Source of the DNA: Bacillota bacterium
GTDB lineage: Bacteria > Bacillota > UBA5301
Length of the DNA stretch: 64,000 bases
Direction: 5' to 3'
Assembly: GCA_012735535.1 (NCBI GenBank)
Contig: JAAYHC010000063.1
Span: 19,027-83,026 of the forward strand
Shown: one piece after another, positions 47,738 through 57,625 of the stretch
Layout of the letters: every line of letters starts with the position of its first letter
Numbering within the stretch: the first letter of the stretch is position 1
Translations under genes and position numbers: made by a program
Notes under the pieces: model-generated
Database searches by the model: none
The model's input: only the letters and a program-made list of their open reading frames with translations
What the model was told of the DNA's origin: nothing

Positions 47738-48230
47738 CTATGTTGATATTGACATCACTAATTCCCACTGTCTGCGCCAAATACTCTTGCACTCTGGTGC
47801 GCACTTGGTCGGCCAGCTGCGGGATGTTGGTATCCGGAGCAACCTCTAAAGCCAACAGCACAGCCAACTTATCTCCCAAATTTGACACGGTTGGCCGGAT
47901 CGTCCGCACCCCTTCAATTTCAGCGGCAGCTCTCTTGATTAAGGTTTCCACAGCAGCCTGAGAAATAACAATCGTACCGAGGGAGGTCTCTTTCACCAAC
48001 CCCGCCGGTTCGCTTTCCCGCTGCAGGCTCAGATAAAGGCCGATCACCGCAAGCGCAAAAGCGACCACTCCCACCAGGCCGGTTCCGACTCGGTGAGCCA
48101 AGACCCACTCGGCGATTCCCATTAAGGTGATGGTTGGATCCCAACCCAGGGCAATCCCGATGGCGCTTACGGCCAACACCAAAATGACGACCGAAAAAAC
48201 AAAAACAACGCTGCGCACCGCCAAGCTCAT
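47691..48230 (-). CDS. Alkaline shock response membrane anchor protein AmaP-like
   Basis: N-terminal TM pair then a soluble domain. Directly downstream of an Asp23-family gene. Confidence 0.55.
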   Translation of the reverse strand: MSLAVRSVVFVFSVVILVLAVSAIGIALGWDPTITLMGIAEWVLAHRVGTGLVGVVAFALAVIGLYLSLQRESEPAGLVKETSLGTIVISQAAVETLIKRAAAEIEGVRTIRPTVSNLGDKLAVLLALEVAPDTNIPQLADQVRTRVQEYLAQTVGISDVNINIVVREISTSLQKARVK

Positions 48231-48242
48231 AATTCAGGCCTC

Positions 48243-48707
48243 CTACTTGACCCTGGGCTGCTGTTCCGGCTCTGCTTTATCCTCTTGCGGGAAGCTAACA
48301 CCTAGTACGTTAACATTGACTTCGACCACATCTAGACCGGTCATGCTGGCGATGGCTTTACGGACATTAGACTGAACTTTGTACGCAACCTCGGGGATAA
48401 TCGCCCCGTACGTTACCACAATAGACAGATCTACTGCGGCCTCACGCTCACCAACCTCGACCTTAACCCCTTTAGACAGGTTTTTGCGGCCTAAGAGCTC
48501 AACAATGCCACCAACGATACCGCCACTCATGCCGGCCACACCTTCAACCTCGATGGCCGCCAATCCGGCGATTACTCCGACGACCTCGTTTGCAATCCGG
48601 ATTGAACCAATATCCGTGCGACTTTCATTTTCAGCCACAGGCAAGACCTCCCTATCATGGCATTTTCTGCACTTATTATACCGAAGCGCTGCCGGCTTGG
48701 CAAACAC
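48243..48707 (-). CDS. Asp23/Gls24-family alkaline shock protein (YqhY-like)
   Basis: Asp23 domain (IANEVVGVIAGLAAIEVEGVAGM). Sits downstream of accC as yqhY does in B. subtilis. Confidence 0.8.
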   Translation of the reverse strand: MFAKPAALRYNKCRKCHDREVLPVAENESRTDIGSIRIANEVVGVIAGLAAIEVEGVAGMSGGIVGGIVELLGRKNLSKGVKVEVGEREAAVDLSIVVTYGAIIPEVAYKVQSNVRKAIASMTGLDVVEVNVNVLGVSFPQEDKAEPEQQPRVK

Positions 48708-48709
48708 CC

Positions 48710-50056
48710 TTAATCTTGCAGCACCCGACGTTGGAGGAAATTCGTATAGACTTCGCCCTTGCGGAAAAAGGCATTATCCAAAATCTTTTGGTGAAATGGA
48801 ATAGTTGTTTTAATGCCTTCAATCACCGTCTCATCTAAGGCCCGCTGCATTCGCCGGATCGCCTCCTCACGGGTAGGCGCCCAAGCGATAATTTTCGCCA
48901 CTAACGAATCATAGTATGGAGGGATTATATATCCAGGATAGAGCGCACTATCCACCCGGATTCCGATACCGCCGGGCGGCAGATAAGTCTGCACTTTGCC
49001 CGGGGACGGACGAAAATCATTCTCCGGATCCTCAGCATTGATCCGGCACTCAATAGCATATCCGCGCGGCACCAGATCCGCTTGTGAATAGCTCAGTTGA
49101 TGGCCGGCGGCCACCAAAATCTGCTCTTTGACAAGGTCAACCCCATAGATCATTTCGGTTACCGGATGCTCAACCTGGATCCGGGTGTTCATCTCAATAA
49201 AATAGAAATTACCGTGCTTATCACGCAAAAACTCAACCGTCCCGGCGTTGGTATACCCGGCAGCCAATACCGCTTGCACCACTCGCTCGCCCATTTGCTG
49301 CCGAACCTCGTCCGTAATGCCGACCGCCGGTGCTTCCTCGAGCACCTTTTGGTGTCGCCGCTGCAAACTGCAATCGCGTTCGCCGAGATAGATCCCGTTG
49401 CCATGCTCGTCGCAGAGGATTTGAAATTCGATATGCCGCGGCTCCTCGATAAACTTTTCCAAGTAGACTTCGGGATTGCCAAAAGCGGCCTCCGCTTCAT
49501 TGCGCGCCATCCGCAATGAACGGGTCAGGTCCTCATCATTGTGTGCAATCCGCATCCCCTTACCGCCACCGCCGGCGGAGGCTTTGACAATGACCGGATA
49601 ACCGATCTCTTTGGCGAGTTTGAGCGCCTCAAGATCATCGGTCACCGGGCCATCACTGCCCGGAACGACCGGAACACCTGCCTTGGCCATCACCAACTTT
49701 GCTTTGGCTTTGTCTCCCATAGCCGCAATTGCGGCAGCCGACGGTCCGATGAATTTGATGCCGTGCGTTTCGCAGATTTCGGCAAAATAAGCATTTTCGG
49801 CCAAGAACCCGTACCCAGGGTGAATTGCATCCACCCCGGTAATCATGGCCGCACTAATGATGTTCGGAATATTTAAATAGCTTTTAACCGCGGAAGCCGC
49901 CCCGATACAAACCGCTTCATCAGCATACCGGACATGCAAGGAATCGCGATCCGCCTCGGAGTAAACAGCTACGGTAGCAATGCCGAGTTCGTGGCAGGCC
50001 CGCATGACCCGCAGTGCGATCTCCCCGCGGTTAGCCACCAGAATCTTTCGAAACAA
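48710..50056 (-). CDS. accC: Biotin carboxylase (AccC/PycA-type)
   Basis: ATP-grasp biotin carboxylase, 448 aa, conserved throughout. Confidence 0.9.
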   Translation of the reverse strand: MFRKILVANRGEIALRVMRACHELGIATVAVYSEADRDSLHVRYADEAVCIGAASAVKSYLNIPNIISAAMITGVDAIHPGYGFLAENAYFAEICETHGIKFIGPSAAAIAAMGDKAKAKLVMAKAGVPVVPGSDGPVTDDLEALKLAKEIGYPVIVKASAGGGGKGMRIAHNDEDLTRSLRMARNEAEAAFGNPEVYLEKFIEEPRHIEFQILCDEHGNGIYLGERDCSLQRRHQKVLEEAPAVGITDEVRQQMGERVVQAVLAAGYTNAGTVEFLRDKHGNFYFIEMNTRIQVEHPVTEMIYGVDLVKEQILVAAGHQLSYSQADLVPRGYAIECRINAEDPENDFRPSPGKVQTYLPPGGIGIRVDSALYPGYIIPPYYDSLVAKIIAWAPTREEAIRRMQRALDETVIEGIKTTIPFHQKILDNAFFRKGEVYTNFLQRRVLQD

Positions 50057-50076
50057 GTGCTGTCCTCCTTCTGCCG

Positions 50077-51906
50077 TTAAGCCTTCGCAATTATGAATAG
50101 GGGTTGGCCATACTCGACAGGCTGTCCGTTTTCGACCAGTATCTTGACAATCGTGCCCTCGACTTCGGACTCGATCTCATTCATCAACTTCATTGCTTCA
50201 ATAATGCACAACGGTTGCCCGACCGTAACCCTCTCCCCGACCTGAACATACGGCTCGGCATCAGGAGCAGGAGCACGATAAAAAGTACCAACCATCGGAG
50301 CGACAACCTGGACTTCGTTATCCTTGAGCACATCGTCCTGCTCAACAGCTGTTGAGGCCGGTGCCTCGACGCTCGCCTTTGTCGCAGGTGCAGGCGGCAC
50401 ATCAGCCTTAGCCACGACGTCGCCCGTCGCCTTCTTAATGCTGAACTTTACACCGTCACTTTCCACTTTTAATTCCGCAATGTCCGTTTCATTAACTAAT
50501 TTGACCAGCTCTTTAATCTCGTTAAGGTTCACCTGAGAAACCTCCTTGGATTGTAGGTCTGCCGGTTTTACACCGGAGTTACGCTCCCTTAACATTTTCT
50601 CAGCAATTTGCGGGAAGAGCGCATAGGATAGAACGTCTTCATCGCTCCGGGCAAAATCGGCACTTTCCGCCTTAGCCTTTTCCCATAATGGTTCTAGGTA
50701 ATCAGCCGGTCTCCCTTCAATGATGCCTTCGCCACCGGTTAGTTTTTGTAACAACTCCGGAGCGATCTCGCCCGGCGGTCGCCCGTAATATCCGCGTACA
50801 TAGGCCTTAACCTCATCTGGCACCACCTTATAACGTTCCCCGCATAAGACATTCAAAACCGCCTGAATACCAACGATCTGGCTAGTCGGTGTGACCAAAG
50901 GCGGATAACCCAAGTCTGCTCTCACCCGGGGAATCTCTTTGAGCACCTCGTCCAATTTATCCAGGGCCTTTTGTACCTCCAATTGGGCCACCAAGTTGGA
51001 AATCATCCCACCCGGAACCTGATGCGAGAAGACTTGCATGTCGCTAATCCGGGTAACTCCCCGCTCAAAACCACGCTCACGCCGCACTTTTTCAAAATAG
51101 CGCGCAACTTCAAATAGCGCATCTAAGTCGAGTGTAGCCTCACGTGGGCTCCCCTTTAGAGCGCTTACAATCGTCTCCACAGGCGGCTGGCTGGCTCCAA
51201 AGGCCAAAGGAGCGGTAGCGGTGTCGACACAGTCCACTCCGGCCTCAATCGCCTTCAGGTAGGTCATCGGAGCCAGTCCGCCAATGTAGTGAGTGTGCAA
51301 ATGGATCGGGAGATCAAACTCTGCCTTAAACTTGGCGATCAGCGTTTCCGCCATATACGGTGAGAGCAGCCCGGCCATATCTTTGATGCAGAGAGAATCG
51401 GCTCCGATCTCCACCAGCTTGTGAGCGGTGTCAAGATAGTGATCCACCGAGTGGATCGGGCTGCGGGTGTAAACAACCACTGCCTGGACATGAGCACCGG
51501 CCTCCCGGGCCTTGCGCATCGAAAACTCGAGGTTACGGACATCGTTGAGCGCATCAAAGATCCGGATAACGTCGATTCCATTCTCGACAGCTTTGAAGAT
51601 AAAGCGCTCGACAATATCATCGGGATAGTGTTTATAACCAACGAGGTTCTGACCACGTAACAGCATTTGCAACGGGGTTTTGGTGATCACCTTTTTTAAA
51701 CGGCGCAAGCGCTCCCACGGGTCCTCATGGAGGAAGCGCATACAGACATCAAAAGTGGCCCCGCCCCAGACCTCCAGAGACCAATAACCGATCGAGTCCA
51801 GCAGCTCGGCCACCGGCAGCATATCCTCGGTCCGCATCCTGGTGGCCCAGAGACTCTGATGGGCATCACGCAGCGTAGTATCGGTAAAGTTGATGATCCG
51901 TCCCAT
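50077..51906 (-). CDS. Carboxyltransferase (PYC/OADA 5S-type TIM barrel) fused to C-terminal biotin carboxyl carrier domain (PycB/OadA-like)
   Basis: N-terminal HMGL-like barrel ([12 protein letters not shown], HxHT) with a C-terminal BCCP ending MVGTFY...[13 protein letters not shown]. 609 aa. Occupies the position where accB normally precedes accC. Confidence 0.8.
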   Translation of the reverse strand: MGRIINFTDTTLRDAHQSLWATRMRTEDMLPVAELLDSIGYWSLEVWGGATFDVCMRFLHEDPWERLRRLKKVITKTPLQMLLRGQNLVGYKHYPDDIVERFIFKAVENGIDVIRIFDALNDVRNLEFSMRKAREAGAHVQAVVVYTRSPIHSVDHYLDTAHKLVEIGADSLCIKDMAGLLSPYMAETLIAKFKAEFDLPIHLHTHYIGGLAPMTYLKAIEAGVDCVDTATAPLAFGASQPPVETIVSALKGSPREATLDLDALFEVARYFEKVRRERGFERGVTRISDMQVFSHQVPGGMISNLVAQLEVQKALDKLDEVLKEIPRVRADLGYPPLVTPTSQIVGIQAVLNVLCGERYKVVPDEVKAYVRGYYGRPPGEIAPELLQKLTGGEGIIEGRPADYLEPLWEKAKAESADFARSDEDVLSYALFPQIAEKMLRERNSGVKPADLQSKEVSQVNLNEIKELVKLVNETDIAELKVESDGVKFSIKKATGDVVAKADVPPAPATKASVEAPASTAVEQDDVLKDNEVQVVAPMVGTFYRAPAPDAEPYVQVGERVTVGQPLCIIEAMKLMNEIESEVEGTIVKILVENGQPVEYGQPLFIIAKA

Positions 51907-51947
51907 ATCCTCACCTGTTTAAAGACTAAGTACTAATTAAAGAAAAA

Positions 51948-51975
51948 CTCAGGCCGCAAACCTGAGTCCGCTATT
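51948..51975 (-). terminator. Hairpin + U-tract between spoIIIAH and the CT-BCCP gene (terminator/attenuator)
   Basis: CTCAGG-ccgcaaa-CCTGAG stem, followed on the minus strand by UUUUUCUUU. Confidence 0.45.
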
Positions 51976-51982
51976 TTATAAA

Positions 51983-52012
51983 ATTATACTGTTCACTAAC
52001 TGGTAGTGTCAA
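51983..52012 (-). promoter_or_regulatory. Sigma-A-like promoter TTGACA-18-TATAAT upstream of the CT-BCCP/accC genes
   Basis: Minus strand: perfect TTGACA (52007-52012), 18-nt spacer, perfect TATAAT (51983-51988). Confidence 0.5.
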
Positions 52013-52044
52013 CCAAATGGGTCAATGTATACAACATTCTTGGC

Positions 52045-52644
52045 CTACGGACGCTCCAGAATGATGATTTGCGAAGGGGCAAACCCGCTCATCTTGGCCA
52101 GTAAATTACCGATCTTCGCAGCCTCATCCGGGCTTAATTTGCGCCCCCCGAGGCTCACCGTCAGCCCATTTTCCCCAGCTACGACCAGTGGATTGACAAA
52201 ACCTTCGGCCGATAGGAGGCCGGCGACATTAACTTCTAATTCAGCTAGCCGGGCCAGCTCGAGCAGGCGGAGCTGGGCCTGCTGGCGCACAGTCGGCGCT
52301 CCCTCCGGATTTGCCGCCACCTCCCGTAATAACTCCATCTGCGCACTGCGACTTTGTTCCCGCTGCAGTTGGTAGTCGACGATGAGATCGTCCACGGATG
52401 GTACCGGTGAAATCGTCACCGGATTAAGTCGCACCGGCGCCGCGGCCTCGGCAGCCTCTATGTCCACGCCGGATCGGGATGACCCATTAGCAACTATTGG
52501 CGGCTCTAGCGGCGCAGCGACCTCATTAAGCTGGGCGACAGGCGACTGAGCGGTAATCACATTCAAATAAACACCGATTGCCACGCCGACGAAAATCACA
52601 ACTGCCAGCATAATCGCGCGGGCACTGATAAAGTGGTAGCTCAT
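52045..52644 (-). CDS. spoIIIAH: Stage III sporulation protein AH
   Basis: N-terminal TM plus C-terminal YscJ/FliF-like domain. Last gene of the spoIIIA operon. Start set at MSYHF directly after the spoIIIAG stop. Confidence 0.8.
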   Translation of the reverse strand: MSYHFISARAIMLAVVIFVGVAIGVYLNVITAQSPVAQLNEVAAPLEPPIVANGSSRSGVDIEAAEAAAPVRLNPVTISPVPSVDDLIVDYQLQREQSRSAQMELLREVAANPEGAPTVRQQAQLRLLELARLAELEVNVAGLLSAEGFVNPLVVAGENGLTVSLGGRKLSPDEAAKIGNLLAKMSGFAPSQIIILERP

Positions 52645-52645
52645 C

Positions 52646-53230
52646 TTACTTTCCCTCCTTCGACAGGACCCGTACCCGATGCGCTGGAATATCCAGGGCG
52701 GTACAGACAGCACGGGTTAATTCCAGTTTGATTCGTGGATTAGCTGCGCCCTCGGCTATGACCAGGACCCCCTGAATCTCCGGCGCAAAGGTCTGCACCA
52801 CAATCGGCTCTTCCCATGACCCGGAACGAACCAACGTCACCTGGCTATTTGTCCGACTTTCGGTCGTTTGCTGGGTCACGCTGCCGCTCTCGGCTTGGTT
52901 TTGCGTGATTTTTTCGGATGTATCAAGGCTGCGTGCATATTCGGCGCGAGAACTCGAGGCCAAAAAGACATCAACGATGACTTCACCGGTTCCGGCGATA
53001 GCCGAAATGGTTTCCCGCAGCGACTGCTCATACATCAACTCATAATCAGTACCCGAACCATAACCTTTACTAGGCGCAGCACTTTGTTGGGGTTGCGGAG
53101 AAACCGGCGACTTTGCCGGGGCCAACCAGTCCGCACCAAAGATTAACAGTACGCCAACTACGGCTAGGACTAAGATCAGGCCGGTCGGCATTTTCCCGTC
53201 AGACGGTAATTTCATCCAGCTTAACATCAT
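52646..53230 (-). CDS. spoIIIAG: Stage III sporulation protein AG
   Basis: TM anchor plus ring-forming domain. Operon position. Confidence 0.75.
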   Translation of the reverse strand: MMLSWMKLPSDGKMPTGLILVLAVVGVLLIFGADWLAPAKSPVSPQPQQSAAPSKGYGSGTDYELMYEQSLRETISAIAGTGEVIVDVFLASSSRAEYARSLDTSEKITQNQAESGSVTQQTTESRTNSQVTLVRSGSWEEPIVVQTFAPEIQGVLVIAEGAANPRIKLELTRAVCTALDIPAHRVRVLSKEGK

Positions 53231-53251
53231 CGTTTCACCTCTGTCTGGCAG

Positions 53252-53740
53252 CTAATATTCGATCCGGATCCGTTCCCCATCAATGGGGAGCAACTCGGTT
53301 AAGAGCTTGGTCACATGATCGCGATCGAGACCGGACGGCTCATCCTGCAATCTGGCGATAACCTCGGTCACACCTGCTTCAGGTGTCCATTGGATTTGGA
53401 CTTGGGCCGGTATCCCCTGCGCATTCAGGTAACGGGCGACCTCCAAGCCAAGCGTGGCTTGGTACAAGCGAGTAGCTTGCCGGGAGATAGTGTCGGTCGA
53501 AGGGAGAACAATTGGCCGCGGGTCCGGTTTGTCCGCCTGGTAAAACTCGAATCTTGGCAGGTCGCGCGAGGTGCGAACCCAATTAACGATCGGCATGATT
53601 ATCGCCGCACTAATGACAAAACCGATAATCACTTTAACCAACTTGTTCAGCTGATTCTCCGGCACCAAGAGTTCTAAAAAGGTTACGGCTAGCACCAGAT
53701 AAGCCAAGCTCCTGATCCAGTCGGCTAAGCTTTGGATCAT
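53252..53740 (-). CDS. spoIIIAF: Stage III sporulation protein AF
   Basis: Two N-terminal TM plus soluble domain. Operon position. Confidence 0.75.
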   Translation of the reverse strand: MIQSLADWIRSLAYLVLAVTFLELLVPENQLNKLVKVIIGFVISAAIIMPIVNWVRTSRDLPRFEFYQADKPDPRPIVLPSTDTISRQATRLYQATLGLEVARYLNAQGIPAQVQIQWTPEAGVTEVIARLQDEPSGLDRDHVTKLLTELLPIDGERIRIEY

Positions 53741-53744
53741 CGTT

Positions 53745-54926
53745 TCACCCCCGCATCACCACTGCCAAATTGCCCGCCCCGATAATCACCAACAGACTGA
53801 CGAAGAAGAGCACGGAAACAATAGCCACCACCACAAACAGCAGCGTCAAACCGGCTTCGAGCTGGGCCAAGCCTTTGGTGAGTTGGGCAGCGCTGATCGG
53901 TTCGACTACCGCATTGACAAACTTATATACCGCCAGCATCGCCACAATCTTAGCCATGGGAAATACGCTGACGGCCAACATCAGAAAGATTCCCAGGATG
54001 CCGACCGCATTCTTTAACAGCAAAGAACTCCCGACCACTACCTCCACAGCTTCGGAATACATCTTGCCGACGATCGGCACAAAAGAGCTGGCCAAGTACT
54101 TAGTGGCCCGTAAAGCCACACCATCGGTCACCGGAGCGGTCACACCGCGCACCGCCGTAGTTCCCAGGAAGACCGTAAATAACAGACCAAGGCTGACAGT
54201 CGCAACCTGACGCAGCATCCCAGCTAATTGGGCTAGGCTAAACCTCCCGGAGATGTTGCCGACCAATCCGACCACCACACTGCAGAAAACTAACGGCAGC
54301 ACAATTTTGCTGATCAGGCTGCTGACCAATGTCATAATCCCGTATAATAGCGGGCTGAGCACGGCAGTTGTTGTGACCGCACCGATACTGGTCAGTAGAA
54401 TTGTGTAGGTTGGCAGGAGTGCTTGCATCAAGCCAACCATATTGTTGATCGCCTCCAAACCGTACCCGATCGCGAGGTGGAAGCTCCGCAAACCGAGGAG
54501 AATCAAGACCAAATAACAAACCGCAAAAACCAATTCACGAAAAGAGCGCTCCCCAAAAGCTCCTTGGAGCTGAGTCAACAAGGCTAAGCACACTGCCAGC
54601 AGTAACAACTGCCCCAATAATTTGGAGTTGGCGAGCAACTCGCGGAAAAAAAAGGCTGCCAGGTTATGCAATAAATTGCCGAAAACCTCATCCCAGCCCT
54701 GGCCGGAGGGATCGGCTAAAATAGCCCGGAGATCCAAGCGCGGAGTGAGTTCGAGGACCTCTTGATCAAGCTCTTGAAAGAACTGCTCCAGCCCGGAGAG
54801 GTCGAGTTCCGCCAACTGTTCGCGATAAACGGCCTCCGGGGTTACCGCCTCGTCGGCTAGCACCGGCGGACCTGCACAAATCGGAATTAATACTAAGAGC
54901 AACCAGAATACTCTCGGGGGCACCAT
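53745..54926 (-). CDS. spoIIIAE: Stage III sporulation protein AE
   Basis: Signal peptide and multi-TM permease-like protein of about 390 aa, typical of SpoIIIAE. Confidence 0.8.
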   Translation of the reverse strand: MVPPRVFWLLLVLIPICAGPPVLADEAVTPEAVYREQLAELDLSGLEQFFQELDQEVLELTPRLDLRAILADPSGQGWDEVFGNLLHNLAAFFFRELLANSKLLGQLLLLAVCLALLTQLQGAFGERSFRELVFAVCYLVLILLGLRSFHLAIGYGLEAINNMVGLMQALLPTYTILLTSIGAVTTTAVLSPLLYGIMTLVSSLISKIVLPLVFCSVVVGLVGNISGRFSLAQLAGMLRQVATVSLGLLFTVFLGTTAVRGVTAPVTDGVALRATKYLASSFVPIVGKMYSEAVEVVVGSSLLLKNAVGILGIFLMLAVSVFPMAKIVAMLAVYKFVNAVVEPISAAQLTKGLAQLEAGLTLLFVVVAIVSVLFFVSLLVIIGAGNLAVVMRG

Positions 54927-54940
54927 TCATCTCTCCTCAT

Positions 54941-55327
54941 TTACGGCAACAACTCCAGGATCGAATCGAGCACGGCCATCATCACCGGCACGGCGAGAAA
55001 TAAAATCAACACCTTACCGGCAAACTCGACTTGTTCGCCCACCACATTCTCATGAGCATCGCGACAGGCCTGGGCAGCAAAACCGACCAGATAACTGATA
55101 CCGATAACCTTGAGGACAGTGCCAAGGTAAACACTTTGCAAGCCAGCCCGAGCAGCCAGCTCCGCAAGTTGGTACACCACCGCCGCCAATTCGGCGCGAA
55201 TCGCCAAAAAAACCAGGATCCCCACGGCCAAACTGAGCAAAATGGCGAGATCGCTGCGGTACTGCCGCACGTAGACCAACAAGCTGACAATCACAAGAGC
55301 CAGAGCCGAGAGGCGTAGATGATCCAT
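54941..55327 (-). CDS. spoIIIAD: Stage III sporulation protein AD
   Basis: About 128 aa, 4 TM. Operon position. Confidence 0.75.
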   Translation of the reverse strand: MDHLRLSALALVIVSLLVYVRQYRSDLAILLSLAVGILVFLAIRAELAAVVYQLAELAARAGLQSVYLGTVLKVIGISYLVGFAAQACRDAHENVVGEQVEFAGKVLILFLAVPVMMAVLDSILELLP

Positions 55328-55338
55328 CGTCGTTCACC

Positions 55339-55533
55339 TCAAATCTGGAAAGTATACCGGATGGCCTGGAAAAGCTCCTGGACCAGCTGCATGACCATCA
55401 TCAGCACCACCGCCAGTCCGGCCAGGGTAAACATTTGCGCCAAATCATCACGGCCGATCCCCTTCAGGTAGCTGTTGAAAACGGCGATCAAAACGCCAAA
55501 GCCGAGAATTCGGAAGATCAGACTCAGATCCAT
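55339..55533 (-). CDS. spoIIIAC: Stage III sporulation protein AC
   Basis: 64 aa, 2 TM. Operon position. Confidence 0.75.
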   Translation of the reverse strand: MDLSLIFRILGFGVLIAVFNSYLKGIGRDDLAQMFTLAGLAVVLMMVMQLVQELFQAIRYTFQI

Positions 55534-55548
55534 CGGTATTTCCCCTCT

Positions 55549-56058
55549 CTACCATGTCAGTAAAACAACTGCCAGCCCAATAGTGACCCCGATCTTGCGA
55601 TAAAGTCCCTGGTAGCGCTCACACTGTTCCTTCGCCTGCGCGAGCGATGCCTCCAAAGCGATCCTAACCTGTCGAATGTGTTTAACCTGATCATCCCGAT
55701 TAGTCAAACCAAGCTGATCGCCCAATCTACCAATTAATTGCAGGTCTTTCTCTGCTAGCGGATACTTGGCCAACACCGTCTCCACGGTTGTCAGCCAGAG
55801 TTTGCTGGACGATTCATACCGCTCGGAAAGGCTATCGGCAAAATGGTTAAAACATCCGGCAACCGCGGAAGTCTGCGCACCCGCAGCAACCCTTCTGGCT
55901 GCTTGTTGTAGCGGATTGAGCGCATAGCTGATCTCCGTTTCCAACCCTTGGAGAGCGAAGATCAGATCCGTGAGGATCTGCACCGGCAGTTCGACCGTCT
56001 TGGCCCACCGGCGTCCGATTTCACTAGAGGTCGAAATGATGATCAGCGCTCCCAGCAT
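55549..56058 (-). CDS. spoIIIAB: Stage III sporulation protein AB
   Basis: About 170-aa C-terminal part of the track ORF matches SpoIIIAB (MLGALIIIST...). The N-terminal 139 aa of the track ORF is an out-of-frame overlap with spoIIIAA and was discarded. Confidence 0.75.
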   Translation of the reverse strand: MLGALIIISTSSEIGRRWAKTVELPVQILTDLIFALQGLETEISYALNPLQQAARRVAAGAQTSAVAGCFNHFADSLSERYESSSKLWLTTVETVLAKYPLAEKDLQLIGRLGDQLGLTNRDDQVKHIRQVRIALEASLAQAKEQCERYQGLYRKIGVTIGLAVVLLTW

Positions 56059-56065
56059 CTTGAAA

Positions 56066-57052
56066 CTAAGCACTACCAGACACCTCAATCCGGCCCGGTG
56101 GCTGACGCTTGAGCCGAACGACCCCTTCGACGGTGCCCGGACCATGGCGGCGGCTGAGTAAGACGGCGTTGACAAAGGTCTCCGCCTGGAGTAAAGGTTG
56201 CAAGCTGGGTCTAGCTTCCAGTTCACGCCAGGATCCGGCATGTACGGTGGCGATGATCCGCACACCGGAGTTAACGGCCTCCAACAAGGCAGCCACATCC
56301 TCCTCGGTGCCAATTTCATCGGTGACCACAACTTCTGGCGAAAGGGAGCGGACAGCGATCCTAATTCCGTCCGCTTTGGGGCAAGCATCCAAGACATCAG
56401 TCTCCGGTCCGACGTCGAGCTGCGGAATGCCGTCATACACTCCGGCGATCTCCGAACGCTCATCGACGACAACAACCTTACAGCCCGCTAAGTTCAGACT
56501 GGATGAGCCGGTACTGATTAGTCGCGTAAGATCACGGAGCAAGGTCGTCTTGCCTCCCTGCGGCGGCGAGACAATCAGGGTGGAACCAATTTGATTTGAT
56601 TCATCTAGGAGCTTAGGCAGAAGGGGAACGGCACAACCGATGATTTCTCGTGCAATGCGCAAATTGAGTCCGTTAACCTCTTTTATCCCGATGATTCGGC
56701 CATTTTCGAGTAAAAAATGGCCGCACACACCAACTCGATGCCCGCCCGGCAGGGTGATAAACCCTTGTTTCAGTTGTTCCTCGAAGACATACACCGACGA
56801 TCGGGAGATAATCTGCAGAGTCAAGAGGAACTCTTCCGGCGAAACCAGGTAAGCCCCGGCCGGATTTGCGCTGAGTTCGCCTTGCGGAGTGACAAATGCT
56901 GAGCTCCCGCGAAAACCGATCGCGAGCGGCCGCAGCTTGCGAACCCGAATCTCCTCCAAACTCTGTAAAACGTTTTCGGGGAGAGAAAAAATTAAGCCCC
57001 GGAGACTGGGCGCCAAATTGGACAGGATGCTCTCGAAAGCTGGTGTTACCAC
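56066..57052 (-). CDS. spoIIIAA: Stage III sporulation protein AA (secretion-type ATPase)
   Basis: Walker A GGKTTLLRDL and VirB11/PilT-like ATPase core. The true start is probably an internal GTG (~57052); the track ORF extends to 57139. Confidence 0.85.
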   Translation of the reverse strand: MVTPAFESILSNLAPSLRGLIFSLPENVLQSLEEIRVRKLRPLAIGFRGSSAFVTPQGELSANPAGAYLVSPEEFLLTLQIISRSSVYVFEEQLKQGFITLPGGHRVGVCGHFLLENGRIIGIKEVNGLNLRIAREIIGCAVPLLPKLLDESNQIGSTLIVSPPQGGKTTLLRDLTRLISTGSSSLNLAGCKVVVVDERSEIAGVYDGIPQLDVGPETDVLDACPKADGIRIAVRSLSPEVVVTDEIGTEEDVAALLEAVNSGVRIIATVHAGSWRELEARPSLQPLLQAETFVNAVLLSRRHGPGTVEGVVRLKRQPPGRIEVSGSA

Positions 57053-57178
57053 AATCTTTGCCCCCCTATAGCAAGTCCGACTCGCTACCAAATGTTTATG
57101 GGGACAAAGACCAAAATATGAATGGCAAAAAGAAACCACCCCATCTCGGGGTGGCCGTTATCCGGAAACTAATGGGAT

Positions 57179-57601
57179 TTAATCGTCATCTTCCTCATCA
57201 TCGTCATCTTCAGCGTCGTTGTCATCTTCATCGATATCCTCGGCGCTATAGACTACCGCGCCACAGTTGAAACAGGTGATCTCCACGTTGTCCTCATACA
57301 GCAGATCCTCGTCGAAACAGACAATCTCGCCGCACTCCGGACACTCCAGTTCGATCGAACCATCGTCCTCATCGTCTTCGCCATAAAATTCGCTTTCCAA
57401 TAGCGAGAGATCGTCATCTACCGCTCGCACGTAATCTTCCAATTCGGACTGGACTTCATCCAGGGTATACAGGTCATCGATAATCGAATCCAAAACGTCG
57501 ACCACAGCCTCCCAGACCGCTTTGGTCTTGGGATCACCGCCCAAGAAATCGGAGCCTTCCAATAGGCCTCGCAGGTAGCCCACTTTCTCAGCTAAACTCA
57601 C
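57179..57601 (-). CDS. Small zinc-ribbon protein (CPEC...CFNC) with poly-Asp/Glu C-terminal tail
   Basis: 140 aa with a helical N-terminal half, then CxxC-x17-CxxC ribbon and about 25 terminal acidic residues. Located between spoIIIAA and efp. Confidence 0.6.
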   Translation of the reverse strand: MSLAEKVGYLRGLLEGSDFLGGDPKTKAVWEAVVDVLDSIIDDLYTLDEVQSELEDYVRAVDDDLSLLESEFYGEDDEDDGSIELECPECGEIVCFDEDLLYEDNVEITCFNCGAVVYSAEDIDEDDNDAEDDDDEEDDD

Positions 57602-57625
57602 ACCGAATCACTCCTTTTCGCTGAA

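Noticed and set aside
50077-51906. Calling the 609-aa biotin protein simply AccB (BCCP)
   Set aside because: Only the last ~150 aa are BCCP-like. The first ~450 aa are a PYC/OadA-type carboxyltransferase barrel, so it is a CT-BCCP fusion and not plain AccB.
56059-56475. N-terminal 139 aa of the 308-aa track ORF called as spoIIIAB
   Set aside because: This portion overlaps the 3' end of spoIIIAA in another frame and has no SpoIIIAB similarity. Only the C-terminal ~170 aa (from MLGAL…) matches SpoIIIAB.
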